Source of the DNA: Syntrophorhabdaceae bacterium
Lineage (GTDB): Bacteria > Desulfobacterota > Syntrophorhabdia > Syntrophorhabdales > Syntrophorhabdaceae
Length of the DNA stretch: 64,000 bases
Reading direction: 5' to 3'
Assembly: GCA_963666485.2 (NCBI GenBank)
Contig: CAXXUO010000003.1
Coordinates: 160,001-224,000, forward strand
Made by a program: the position numbers and the translations under genes. Below, piece by piece: positions 9,656 through 20,509 of this stretch (position 1 is the first letter of the stretch; each line of letters opens with the position of its first letter). The notes under the pieces were generated by a model. That model was not told the origin of the DNA, searched no databases, and saw only the letters and a program-made list of their open reading frames with translations.

Positions 9656-11308
9656 GTACGACCAATTCGAACCCTTGTGCTCATCATCGAGGAGTGCAAG
9701 GGTTTTTATTTTTGTATGAGCCACGTAGTGAGGCTTGAATTCGGAAATGTAGGGAATGTTCTGTTCTTTATCGACTTTAGGTTCCAGGTGGATAGTTCCC
9801 AGCAACTCTCTGAGTGCCTCCGCGGATAACGGAGTATTTTGGTTCAGGGTTTCCCTGAGGTTATTCAATCTGTGATCAATCCACTCTCGTGGGGGCGCCG
9901 TAAAGGTGTTAGTTTTCTGGTATTCCATTGAACAGATCTCTTCTTGTAGTATATCGGACCGTACTTCTGCCTGCTTCAATGCCTCAGAAACGGCTTTTGA
10001 GAAGTTACCTGCTTTGATATAGTTGAGGTAATTCTGGATTTCGGATACGAGTTTATCGTACTGTAGTTTCTTCTTTTTTATCAAATCAGGGACATTATTT
10101 AGTTCCTTCATGGCAACCTTTTCTATATTGTTGTAAATGTATTCAAGGTTTTCTGCGGTAAGTATTCGTTCCTGCAGCTCTGTTATGATCGTTTCTTCCA
10201 AACGTTTTCGTGGAACGAGGAGGTGATTGGCACACATTTTACGTTTTGCGTTATAACAGCCGTAATACCCGCTTCCTTTACCGCTTAGGAGTACTATGGG
10301 CCCTTCGCACAGAGAGCATCTCATGAGTCCTGAGAATAAATACGTTGGAGTCGCATGGATATAGCTCCTCTGGGGAAGGCGCCCCTTTTCGTGTTTTCGG
10401 ACGGGCCAGGTTTTGTCGATAGCCTTCCATCTTTCCTGCGCCTTTTTCCATGTTTCATTATCGATGATCACGAGGTCGTCCCTGTAGGTCTTCATTTGTT
10501 CGTTTTCTGGTCGAGGTACCCTTCTTATCTGTCCGGTTACAGGGTCACGAACAATCTTCCCCTTTCGCCATACCCATTCCCCTATATATTTGTCATTCTT
10601 CAATATTCTGCTCAGGGTCGAAACGTTCCATCCACCAAAAAGGCGTCGTTTCGTTGGGATCTTGTCCTTGTTGAGTGACTCGGCTATCCTGGCTAAACTT
10701 TTGCCACGTATAAAGTCCTGATAAATGCGCTCAACGATATCTGCTTCTTCAGGATGTATTTTGTGTACCATGCCTTCGTATTTTGGCTTTCCTCTTTTGT
10801 TGAGTTTTACTTCGCCAACAGGTTGTGTGTGATAGCCATATACCGTCTCCCCGGCACTAAAACCACGGATCTTTTGCCCTTCGAGGCCGCGCATTGTTCT
10901 TTTCTTGAGGTCGTCAAGGTAAAGTTCGTTGATAAAACCTCTTATATGAATACTTAGTTTCGAATTATCATCGTCAGTAACGATTCCATCTGAAACAGAT
11001 ACGATTGTGACCTGATGGTAACTGAAACTAAGGACCATCGTAAGCATCTGATGGTTGTTCCTCGAAAGTCTTGATAGATCGTCTACGATGACAGCATCTA
11101 TCTCTTTGTTTTCCACTGCTTTTTGCAGTGCCTGTAGCCCGGGACGGTTGATGACCGATCCAGAGATCGCCTCATCGATAAATATATTCGCTTCTTCCAA
11201 AGACATATCGTGTTCATAAATGTACTTTTTACAAACGCGGACCTGGTCATCTATACTTTTTTCGCTTTGATTTTCGGAAGAATATCTAGCATATATAGCT
11301 GCTCTCAT
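9641..11308 (-). CDS. Large serine recombinase (integrase; resolvase + recombinase + zinc ribbon)
   Basis: AAIYARYSS catalytic motif, DDLSRLSR, YLFSGLMRCSLC...YYGC zinc ribbon, 555 aa; stop codon inside the tRNA-Ser 3' end. Confidence 0.93.
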   Translation of the reverse strand: MRAAIYARYSSENQSEKSIDDQVRVCKKYIYEHDMSLEEANIFIDEAISGSVINRPGLQALQKAVENKEIDAVIVDDLSRLSRNNHQMLTMVLSFSYHQVTIVSVSDGIVTDDDNSKLSIHIRGFINELYLDDLKKRTMRGLEGQKIRGFSAGETVYGYHTQPVGEVKLNKRGKPKYEGMVHKIHPEEADIVERIYQDFIRGKSLARIAESLNKDKIPTKRRLFGGWNVSTLSRILKNDKYIGEWVWRKGKIVRDPVTGQIRRVPRPENEQMKTYRDDLVIIDNETWKKAQERWKAIDKTWPVRKHEKGRLPQRSYIHATPTYLFSGLMRCSLCEGPIVLLSGKGSGYYGCYNAKRKMCANHLLVPRKRLEETIITELQERILTAENLEYIYNNIEKVAMKELNNVPDLIKKKKLQYDKLVSEIQNYLNYIKAGNFSKAVSEALKQAEVRSDILQEEICSMEYQKTNTFTAPPREWIDHRLNNLRETLNQNTPLSAEALRELLGTIHLEPKVDKEQNIPYISEFKPHYVAHTKIKTLALLDDEHKGSNWSYWRRE

Positions 11309-11484
11309 CGAGAATCTTCCTTGTCATAGAAGAGCGTAGGGTGAGTTCTCACGGTCTTTATGTAATCGTTCATCAGGATGAGGACTATGACATCAAGAAG
11401 CTTCTGAACGGAGGCATTGTCAGACCATGAGCAATCACGTTCCGTATTTTCTTCGTTCGTCTTTATAGTGGTTGGTAGTGTCAT
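11305..11484 (-). CDS. 59-aa protein translationally coupled to the integrase (candidate directionality factor)
   Basis: MTLPTTIKTNEENTERDCSWSDNASVQKLLDVIVLILMNDYIKTVRTHPTLFYDKEDSR; AAGGA RBS; its TGA overlaps the integrase ATG. Confidence 0.6.
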   Translation of the reverse strand: MTLPTTIKTNEENTERDCSWSDNASVQKLLDVIVLILMNDYIKTVRTHPTLFYDKEDSR

Positions 11485-11614
11485 TAGTCCTTGCCCTTAT
11501 GCCAGCAAGGGTATATAGTACCTTCAAGAGGTATAATGTAATTATATATTATAAGGTATATTATATTACCAATTGGGTATATTGTCAAGTTTTTGTTGTG
11601 CTAAGGGAAAACTA

Positions 11615-11818
11615 GTGGATAAGAAGAAATTGGGAAAGAAGATTAGACTAGCGCGGATCGAGTGCGATCTAAATCAGACTCAATTGGCAGAAAAAATTGG
11701 TGCCACGCAGAAAAGTATATCACGTTATGAATCAGGTGCTTCGTTGCCATCACTTGTAACATTAATGAAGATCTCAAACACCCTTGGAAAACCGGCAAGC
11801 TATTTTCTGGATGATTAA
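11615..11818 (+). CDS. XRE/Cro-CI HTH transcriptional regulator
   Basis: LGKKIRLAR...LNQTQLAEKIG...SISRYESG...PSL; GTG start after AAGGGA. Confidence 0.88.
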   Translation: MDKKKLGKKIRLARIECDLNQTQLAEKIGATQKSISRYESGASLPSLVTLMKISNTLGKPASYFLDD

Positions 11819-11967
11819 GTGGACCATAATAATTCAATCCTTGTTTTCAAAATGTGTGCAATTATCAATTGCAAGGGATATTAATTCTCGTCAGGAAAAG
11901 GCAAATATTGGTTGCAATTAAGGTTACAATATCGGTAAGTCATTATCAGCAGAGAAGCACAACCGCA

Positions 11968-12017
11968 CATTGGATATCGAATCCAAAGGTTAGAGGTTCG
12001 ATCCCTCTCGGGCGCGC
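11968..12017 (+). other. Degenerate 3' half of tRNA-Arg(TCG), att-site relic
   Basis: TTGGA-TATCGAA-TCCAA anticodon arm, AGAGG-TTCGATC-CCTCT T-arm, CGGGCGCG acceptor 3' strand; no 5' half. Confidence 0.7.
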
Positions 12018-12396
12018 TTAGTTTTACGGGTTTTCAGGTTTTGCTTCCCCTACACTATCCCCTACAATCGGGACAATAAAATGCCCCAGGTCTCCCGGGG
12101 GCGACTCCGCAGCTGCGTCCTGATTGGGTATTTCACCTGGTGCATATCGCGCCGCACAGAATCGCACAAATTATGGCCGCAATGATCAAAATCGTTACTT
12201 TAGCCGACATAATTAAACCGTCAAAATTCAGTTTTTTGTTGATTTAATTATATTTTGACAAAGTACATTAATAATCGCAATAGAAAAATATTTGTTTCAT
12301 CAATAAAAACAGCCTCTTTCTACCATAGTTTATCTACCAGTGATTTTGTAAGAATGTCGGGCAATGATATAATTTTTCCTGACAAGGGGGGCTTTA

Positions 12397-12588
12397 ATGT
12401 CCAATCATAAACAAGAAAACGATACTGCCATTACCTGCCCGTTTTGTAAACGGGATGTACGTGTAATTCCGTTTGGCAACAGATTTATCGGGGTTTGCTG
12501 TAATAGAATTGCCTTTGTCAGCGCCCAGGTCCCTTTGGCGAGATCCGGGGAAGCCGCAGGGACACCTTCAGCTCGAGAATCCAGTTAG
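12397..12588 (+). CDS. Cys-rich microprotein (C-x2-C-x16-CC), copy 1
   Basis: CPFC-KRDVRVIPFGNRFIGV-CC; AAGGGGG RBS; extended -10 TGATATAAT upstream; paralogues at 46.8-47.7 kb. Confidence 0.7.
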   Translation: MSNHKQENDTAITCPFCKRDVRVIPFGNRFIGVCCNRIAFVSAQVPLARSGEAAGTPSARESS

Positions 12589-12832
12589 ACTAAAGAAATA
12601 CATCTTACAAGTGAAGGACTGATCGGCCGGATCGGAGCAAAATGTCCCGTTATCTAAATACGGCACCGCATTACGTGATTACTCTAGATGATCATACGCC
12701 GCACGAGAGCAACTGGGACGTCGATGTCACCTTTCAGGTATTCCGGAAGATGCTGGCGAAACTTTAAGAGTCCATTTTCATGGATTATTTGCCGAAAAAT
12801 GCTCCGAAATACGGCGAAAAGCCCTCTATTCC

Positions 12833-13120
12833 TCATGTTTCCTCAACACGTCCATTGGAAAGAATTTTAGCGACGAAGGGGCGATCATGATTTTTGATAA
12901 ATTTCTGCATACGTTTCCAGGCGCTAGTAATCATTGTAACAAGATCCTCAGCATTTTTACCTTTATGAGACGTTATGATGAAAGCCCCCACGCCATGTCT
13001 GACGAGAGCGGCCTTCACAGGAGGCTTCCTATGAAAATCGCTGTCTTTTGACAGGAGATAACATTCTGGATGCCGGGACAAAACGCGCAAGACTTCTTCA
13101 TCGGAAACACCGCGAGCCAT
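12833..13120 (-). pseudogene. 5'-truncated PIN-like (VapC45-type) toxin
   Basis: SDEEVL...LLSKDSDF...ALVRHGVGAF...RPFVAKI resembles the C-terminal two thirds of the family; N-terminal catalytic Asp strand missing. Confidence 0.55.
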
Positions 13121-13259
13121 AATGTCGCCTTCTGGGCTTCTCAGCCGAGATCCTTGCCGATGACCCAGAATTTCATTGGGATATCACCATATTATTGATA
13201 TTCTGTTGTAAATTTTGAGTTTGTCTGGTTCTCTCATAGGCTAGGAGTCTTTCTGGCCA

Positions 13260-13570
13260 CGATAATGAAGCCGTTTCGCGCCACCCCGGCATCAGCTATC
13301 GTCTCGTCATTTATCGCTTCGCTAAAACCCAAGTATCACCGGGATGTCGGATCTGATCCCGCTCAGCCCTCGGGTAAATTCAAGGCCGGATATTCCCGGC
13401 ATGGAATGATCGGTAATCATCAGCCTATACTTTTGTGGGTTCTTTGCGAAGAACCCAGTGCTTCGACCGGATCTAAAAGCCTGTTACGTCATACCCCTGT
13501 CTCATAAGAATTTGTTTCATGGATTCAACGATCATTTCTTCATCATTTACCAAAAATATCCTGCCATCTT
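13260..13570 (-). pseudogene. Degraded receiver (REC) domain remnant
   Basis: Across frameshifts reads RIFLVNDEEMIVESMKQILMRQGYDV...MITDHSMPGISGLEF...IRSDIPVIL. Confidence 0.7.
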
Positions 13571-13821
13571 CTTTTGGAACGATGGGTGCGGGGCAGACCT
13601 TCTGTGTCCTCTGATATATCACCTTTATAAAATGGCGAAAAAATCCGGAAGGTGCTGCCCGTCAATTCTTGAAATTCCGCCTTTTCTGCGCCGGTTCGTT
13701 TTCCTGTTGACGCCGAGCGGGAATTCTGCTTTTAATTAGAAAAATGACAGGTCGTTTTACGTAACATCGACATGTCCTTCCTCTTCAGGCTTATTGAACT
13801 CTAACTTTTTGGCAGTGAATT

Positions 13822-14151
13822 ATGACCAGGCGACTGATCGGCAAGAAGCATTATAATTCTCTCCTCTATACATGCGTTATTTTTTGTATCGCCGCAGTCT
13901 TTCTCGTTTCGGCCTTAACAGTCGAACGTGAGCGAGATCATACCGGCCGCGCGAATACCTACATTCTCACGTTCCTGGAAACCGGGACGGAGATTATCAA
14001 TCCCTCCTGTGATGCTATTCCCGACATCATACTCAGCATAGCTCCCAAATTAGTGGCCGCTTTACCCGCAACCGAACCCGTAAGCAAGCGGCTCATATTC
14101 TTTCATTATTTTCGCGGCCCCCCCTCAACACCCTGTAGTCCGAAGCACTAA
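13822..14151 (+). CDS. Small membrane-anchored leader protein with C-terminal RGPP motif
   Basis: N-terminal hydrophobic segment, ends ...FHYFRGPPSTPCSPKH; 81 bp upstream of the RND gene. Confidence 0.55.
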   Translation: MTRRLIGKKHYNSLLYTCVIFCIAAVFLVSALTVERERDHTGRANTYILTFLETGTEIINPSCDAIPDIILSIAPKLVAALPATEPVSKRLIFFHYFRGPPSTPCSPKH

Positions 14152-14232
14152 TACCTACGAATATTTTTCATAGAGCAGCGTTGCAATTAACGCTCGTTTG
14201 GCGTTCAGCGCCTGCAAGGACAAGGGTGGACC

Positions 14233-17200
14233 ATGAGACAATGGATGGTATTTGTAAGCAGGCACAGCGTCGTGTTCCTGATCCTGGGAGTGATAGCTGT
14301 CGTCGTGTCTGTTTACCTTATCAAGGATTTGAACGTAGAGGCCTTTCCCGACCCCTCACCTCCGATGGTCGAAGTCGTCACAATATATGACGGGCGTTCG
14401 GCCGAAGAGGTCGAGAAGCGGATCACGATCCCAATTGAGGTGGCCCTGGCGTCAATGCGCGGGCTTGAGAGGATCAATTCTGCCTCGCTCTATGGTCTCT
14501 CCGACATAAAGTGCAAGTTTTCATACGACATCCCGTACATGCAGGCGCGCCAGGAGGTGATCAACCGCCTGAACAGTCTTACTCTGCCGGAAAATATACA
14601 ACCCTCGATCATTCCGAGCCCGATGGGGGAGGTCATGCAATATACCCTCCAGGGATCGAACAATCTCATGGAGTTGCGGTCCTTGCAGGACTGGACGGTC
14701 GGGCGGTATATAAAATCGGCCAAAGGAGTCGAAGATGTCGCGAGCTACGGGGGATTTATCAAAACCTATGCGGTAAAGGTCCAGCCGGAGAACCTCATCA
14801 AGTACGGCATCACCTTTTCCCAGGTCCTGGAAGCCCTGTCGAAATCGAACATCAATGTCGGGGGCCGGACGATCGAACTGGGGAACCAATATTACATGGT
14901 CCGGGGGATAGGGCTCATACGGAACCTGGATGATATCACCAATAACGTCGTCAGCTATAAGAACGGCAAGGCGGTCCTGATCGGCAATATTGCGGAGGTA
15001 GCCTTCGGGAACATCCCGAGGACCGGGATCGTGCTTTTCAATGAAAAAGACGATGTCGTGATGGGCAACGTGATTTTGAGGAGGGGTGAAAAGAGCATAC
15101 CGTCTATCAAATCCATCATGGAAAAGGTGAAAGACCTGAACACCCGGATATTGCCCAAGGGCGTCAAGGTCGTTCCCTTTTATGAACGATGGGACCTCAT
15201 AAAAATGGTCATCTACAAGGTTGCCGAAAACACCCTGATCGGGATGCTCCTCGTGGGTCTGTGCCTCTATGTTTTCCTGGGGAGCTGGCGAACGGCGGTT
15301 CTCACGGCTCTCACGGTCCCGATGTCGCTTGCCATGACACTGGCCGTCATCTACCTGAGCGGCGACTCGGCCAATATACTGTCTATAGGCGCAATTGATT
15401 TCGGCATAATCGCAGACATAAGCCTCGTTCTTAGCGAGAATTACGTGAGGATCGCACGCAAGACACGGGTATCGACAGGGCTCCCGGTCAAGACAATGAC
15501 GGACAGGATCCTCGTCAAAGCTTCTGGGGAGGTGGGACGTCCCATTATCCTTCTGGTTGTGATCATCATACTGGCCCTTCTCCCGGTCTTCACAATGAAA
15601 GGGGCGGAAAAGCAGCTCTTTTCACCGATGGCCCGCACATATTCCTACGCCCTTACGATCGGCCTCATTCTCACGTTCACCTTCCTTACCGGGGGTATCC
15701 ACATGTTCCTCGGGGGCCATGAAGGCCACGAATTCAAATTCTTCGAAACCATACAGCGCCACTATACGTCAATGCTCGATTATTTCTTCACGTACCAACG
15801 GAAGGTTCTCCTCATCACCGGCGCAACGATGCTTGCCGGTTTCATCGCCGGTTTCCTCTTCATTGGGACCCAATTCCTGCCGAAGCTGGATGAAGGCAAT
15901 ATCTACATGAGGGTGACCTTTCCTTATTCCATCTCACTATCCTCGACCCACGAGTATGCCAAACAGGTCCGCAATATACTCCTGTCACTTCCGGAGATAA
16001 AATCGGTTGCCGTGCGGGTCGGCAGGCCTGAGGACGGCACCGATGCTACCGGGCCGTTCAACAGCGAATATAACTGCAATCTCAAACCCTATGGCAAGTG
16101 GAAGAGGGGCATTACCAAGGAGCAATTGCAGGAAGAGGTACGGGCACGGGTGTCGCTCGCCTTTCCCAACACCAATGTCAGCGTGTCTCAGTATATGCAG
16201 GATAACCTGGAAGAGATGACGACCGGGGTGAAGGGTGAAAACGCGGTGAAAATTTTCGGGGACGACCTCCAGGAACTCGACAAGACCGCGAGAGAAATAA
16301 GCAATAAAATGGAAAAGGTCAAGGGCATAACGGATATAGCCGTGTACAGGGAACTCGGTCAGCCTAATCTCCTGATCACGGTGGACAGGGCAGTTGTCGC
16401 GGCCTTGGGCCTTTCAGTCCAGGACGTGCTGGACATGATATCCGCGGCGCTGGGGGGCAAGGTTGTAAGCCAGATCGTCGAGGGAGAGAGGTTGTTTGGC
16501 CTGTATGTGAGTTTCCCTCCGGACTTACGGACACATCCCGACAAAATAGAGAGTATCCCTATTGTCCTCCCCTCCGGGGGGGGGGGTCGTGCCGCTCAGC
16601 CGCGTGGCCGACGTTCATTATGATACCGGGGCTTCCTTTATTTATCGCGAAAATCTCAGGCGGTACATCCCGGTGAAATTCTCCGTGTCCGGCAAGGACC
16701 TCGGAGGAACGGTTGAGAAGGCGCAACGGGCAACGGAAAAGATCAAGATACCCGAAGGGTATTACATGGAATGGAGCGGGATATTCAACGAGATGCTCGA
16801 GGCCTTCCGCCGGTTCTACATATCCATACCATTCTCAATTCTCCTGATCTTCATGCTCCTGTATATCTTTTATGGCAATGTCCGCAATGTCCTTCTCACG
16901 ATCGTTGCGCCCATGTGCACTGTCTTCGGGGGATTGGTGAGCCTGCTGATCACCAATCAGCCATTAAGCATCTCCGCAGTCGTCGGGTTCGTCTCGGTAG
17001 TCGGGATCTCGACATTTCACACGTGCATCCTCATCACTCATTACATAGAAGTGTACGAAGAGACGAAGGATAAGGTGAAAGCAGTGTACCAGACAATCCG
17101 TGATAAATTCAGGCCGGTGCTTATGGTCGGTCTCGTTGCTTCTCTCGGCCTTCTTCCCGCTTCGCTTTCCCAGGGAGTAGGCAGCCAGGTGCAGAAACCG

Positions 17201-17308
17201 CTCGCGATCGTGGTCGTGGGTGGGATGTTGATAGGTACGGCAATAATCCTTCTTGTCATGCCGCTGCTTTTCAGGTTTGTACAGGTAGATGCCCACAGAG
17301 AAAGATAA
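14233..17308 (+). pseudogene. CusA/CzcA-family heavy-metal RND efflux permease, frameshifted at a G11 tract (16576-16586)
   Basis: EAFPD, GAIDFG, FLPKLDEG, RPVLM...GSQVQKPLAIVVVGG; the 796-aa and 248-aa ORFs join if one G is removed. Confidence 0.88.
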
Positions 17309-17333
17309 TAACGGGAAACCGTAAGGAGACAAT

Positions 17334-17666
17334 ATGCTCAGCGACGAACGTTCGCTTTTAAAACCTCAGATAGTAAGCGCCCGGGAGTTTTTGGCTGAGT
17401 ATCGTTTTCAGCTGAAGACGATACACGTCACCATTTCGATCAGGTTTTACCGGAGGTTAAACACCGGCGACATTGAATTCGAACAAAGCCACTATATCCT
17501 AACACCCCTTGATAACGAACCCAATATGCCGGGCACCGTGTTCTATAACAATATCGCCCTTGCCCTTGAAGAGGCGGTAAATGGATTTGCGGTTCCGCAT
17601 GATCAGGCGATTGGCCGGGGATACAAACCTGATGAATCCTGGCTTGTACCGAATGATGCATTTTAG
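17334..17666 (+). CDS. Hypothetical protein
   Basis: 110-aa ORF with TAAGGAG RBS. Confidence 0.65.
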   Translation: MLSDERSLLKPQIVSAREFLAEYRFQLKTIHVTISIRFYRRLNTGDIEFEQSHYILTPLDNEPNMPGTVFYNNIALALEEAVNGFAVPHDQAIGRGYKPDESWLVPNDAF

Positions 17667-17946
17667 GCTAAAAAGATAGCATCCCGCAGGTCTTTTCACG
17701 GGTATTATGCCGCGGAGTTCTTACGAGATAGTTATAATAATGGGTCCTGAAACATGGTCCCGATCCATAGAGGCCCGATAAAAACCACATATCGGCCGTC
17801 GACGCAGATATTGTAACTATTTTGTATCTAACGACCTTTCAGACACCTCTCAGAATGAAACATAATCCAAGCATCTCGATACCCGGCAACTTTTTGATAT
17901 TGTTCCTAATATATTGATAGAACGTGGCTTTCAATAAACCAGTATA

Positions 17947-17996
17947 ACTTAGGACCAGCGGGTTAAATTATAGGGATTCGAGTCCCATCTCTCGCA
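17947..17996 (+). other. Degenerate 3' part of tRNA-Leu(TAG)-like sequence, possible att relic
   Basis: ACTTAGGACCAG...GGGATTCGAGTCCCATCTCTCGCA: anticodon-loop-like CTTAGGA, variable-arm-length spacer, T-loop, then 12 nt and an A discriminator. Confidence 0.45.
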
Positions 17997-18078
17997 TTCA
18001 AGAAATCTCAACAACTATTTTTTCGACGCAGCCGGCATGACCTCTTGTATGAAGAGCTTCACCTTCGCCTGTATGGCG

Positions 18079-19437
18079 GATAGTGTCAAGAATCTTTCGC
18101 ACTTTCCATAGCAACCCCACTAATCCGGTTATGCCTTAATGCTCTCGATGATCTCCTGCTCAAGCCGGTCCATTTTCAGGTACTGGCTCATTCCCCATTT
18201 GGTTCCCGCTATGTGCCTTAGCCGGGCAGCCACGAGCATGAGTGCCGACCTGCCGTCAGGGAACGACCCGACGACCCGTGTGCGCCGTCTGATCTCCTTC
18301 ATGATCCGCTCCAGGGGGTTGTTGGTCCTGATCCTCCTCCAGTGCTCGCGGGGGAACCCGTAATAGCCGAGCGTCTCGTGGATCCCCTCGTTCAGCATGT
18401 CCGCGGCCCTGCCGAGTTTCATCTCCTTGAGCTTCTTCACCACCGCCTCCGCTTTCTTCTGCGCTTCTTTCCTGTCCTCCTGGGCATGGATCGCCGTGAG
18501 CATGGCGACGACCTCCTTGATCTTCCCCCTGGGCACGACGGTGAACACGTTCCGGTAGAAGTGGACAACGCACCTCTGCCATGAGGCGTCGGGGTAGAAC
18601 AGGGCGAGACTCTCGACGAGGCCCAGGCACTTGTCGGATATGAAGAGCTCCACACCCTTGAGCCCGCGCTCTTTGAGGTAGCGCAGGAAGGATGTCCAGC
18701 TGTCCTTGTCCTCCCGCGCACCCTCGGCCACACCCAGGATCTCCCGGTAGCCTTCGCGGTTCACCCCTATCGCTACAAGGACCGATACGCTCCTGACCTC
18801 CCCGCCCCAGGTCCTCTTGAGCGCTATCCCGTCGAGGTAGACGTAGGGATGCTCACCTTCGATGGGGCTTAATCTCCACTGCTCGATCGTGGTGTATATC
18901 TTTGCGTTGAGGTTCGAGACGGTGCCGGGGCTCACCTTCGTGCCCCAGAGGGCCTCCGTGATGTCCTCGACCCTCCTTACCGACACCCCGGCCAGGTACA
19001 TCTCGACGAGGGCCTCTTCCACGGATGATTCCCTTCTTTTGTACCGTTCGATGATCGCGGTCTCGAAGGGAAGCGACCTCAGCTTGGGCATCTTGATGTC
19101 CACCTCCCCCGCCTTCGTCTGGAGGGTTCGGGTATAATGGCCCGCCCGTGTGTCCCTGCGTTCCTCCGTGCGCTCGTACCTCTGTGCGTTGCACAGGCGG
19201 GACGCCTCTTCATCGAGAAGTGCATTGAGCGTCTCCTGCACCGTTCCCCTTACGATCTCTCCCAGGTGGTCCTTTATCTGCGCCTCATTAATCTGGATTA
19301 TCGTGCCGCCTTCTGTGGTAGACTCTTTCTGGGCCATGGTTCTTCCTCCCTCTGGTTTTTGTTTTGTGTGGTGCTTAACACTACCAGATTCGAGGTTGCC
19401 ATGGCTCTTAAATGTGCGAAAAATATTTTACGTTATC
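18079..19437 (-). mobile_element. IS256-family insertion sequence, copy 1 (1359 bp)
   Basis: Imperfect terminal IRs GATAACGTAAAATATTTTTCGCAC / GATAGTGTCAAGAATCTTTCGCAC; 8-bp TSD GTATGGCG at 18071-18078 and 19438-19445. Confidence 0.95.
18129..19337 (-). CDS. IS256-family (Mutator) transposase
   Basis: YLAGVSVR, YLDG, ISD, QRCVVHFYRN, RTNNPLER motifs. Confidence 0.95.
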   Translation of the reverse strand: MAQKESTTEGGTIIQINEAQIKDHLGEIVRGTVQETLNALLDEEASRLCNAQRYERTEERRDTRAGHYTRTLQTKAGEVDIKMPKLRSLPFETAIIERYKRRESSVEEALVEMYLAGVSVRRVEDITEALWGTKVSPGTVSNLNAKIYTTIEQWRLSPIEGEHPYVYLDGIALKRTWGGEVRSVSVLVAIGVNREGYREILGVAEGAREDKDSWTSFLRYLKERGLKGVELFISDKCLGLVESLALFYPDASWQRCVVHFYRNVFTVVPRGKIKEVVAMLTAIHAQEDRKEAQKKAEAVVKKLKEMKLGRAADMLNEGIHETLGYYGFPREHWRRIRTNNPLERIMKEIRRRTRVVGSFPDGRSALMLVAARLRHIAGTKWGMSQYLKMDRLEQEIIESIKA

Positions 19438-19832
19438 GTATGGCGTCGCGGAGGCGGCGGACCTTTTCCATTTTCTCCTCGTGACTGCCGGTAAATGCTT
19501 CGGGGTCTTCGAGGTCCCAGCGGATGGTTTCCGTGCGGAGGTCCGGAAAGACGGGACAGATCCGTGCTTCGCTGCAGACAGTTATGACATAAACAAAAAG
19601 CTCTCCCCGTTTATACTTCTCAAAAACGCTCTTCGTCGTGTTCCGGGATATGTCTATACCGATCTCTTCCATCGCCTCGACGGCAAGAGGATTAAGGGTC
19701 CCGGGCTCCATCCCGGCGCTTTCGGCATCAAAACGGTCGCCGGCAAGGTCATTAAGGAACGCCTCTGCCATCTGACTCCTGGCACTGTTGTGGACGCATA
19801 CGAATAATACTTTTATTTTATCAATGTGCGGT

Positions 19833-20501
19833 TCAGGTGGGCTCATCCCGTTCTCCAAAGTGGTGCTTGATCACCCTTCCGTCAACCATGAATACAACAT
19901 CTTCACATATATTTGTCGCAAGGTCAGCAATTCGCTCCAAATTGTTGGCTATCCGGATAAGATGCAATGAACGCTCAATAGTTTTTTCATCTGATGCCAT
20001 AAATGTGATCAATTCCCGGAATATCTGGTCCTGGAGCGTATCGATAATATTGTCCTTCTGGCACACTTCCTCAGCCAGGCGTGCATCCTCATCAATGAAG
20101 GAAGTTATTGCATCACCGACACTCCTGATAGTTTCTGTTGCCATGCGGGGAATATCCACAAGCGGTTTTACCGGCTCGTGCGAGATAAGATAAAGCCCGC
20201 TTTCTGCGATATTGGCCGCATGATCTCCCATCCGCTCGAGATCGCTGTTCATCTTGAATATCATGAGGACGACCCGCAAGTCCCGTGCTCTCGGTTCGTA
20301 TTGCGCTATTGTCGTAGTGCACAGTTCATCAAGGATGATCTCCCGGTCGTTCGTGGCAGGTTCCAAGACATTCATGACCTCCATTAACGGCGTTTGATCC
20401 CTTGCCCATAGTCCCGCAATGTCCTTCATGATCATTTCTTCGATCAGCGCACCGTATTCCACGATCTCTTTTTTGAGCTCTTTTATTCTGTCCTGCAGCA
20501 T
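19833..20501 (-). CDS. phoU: Phosphate signalling complex protein PhoU
   Basis: Two repeats: DLERMGDHA and [14 protein letters not shown]. Confidence 0.95.
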   Translation of the reverse strand: MLQDRIKELKKEIVEYGALIEEMIMKDIAGLWARDQTPLMEVMNVLEPATNDREIILDELCTTTIAQYEPRARDLRVVLMIFKMNSDLERMGDHAANIAESGLYLISHEPVKPLVDIPRMATETIRSVGDAITSFIDEDARLAEEVCQKDNIIDTLQDQIFRELITFMASDEKTIERSLHLIRIANNLERIADLATNICEDVVFMVDGRVIKHHFGERDEPT

Positions 20502-20509
20502 TCTTCCTC

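Larger units (their letters stand above)
18015..19846 (-). pseudogene. arsC: Thioredoxin-type arsenate reductase interrupted near its 3' end by IS256
   Basis: CVHNSARS P-loop, TVC...CPVFP, WDLEDP; the displaced tail QAKVKLFIQEVMPAASKK-stop lies at 18015-18071 beyond the IS. Confidence 0.85.

Noticed and set aside
12650..12770. Possible 3'-5' exonuclease C-terminal remnant (HESNWDVDVTFQVFRKML)
   Set aside because: Too short to assign without a search.
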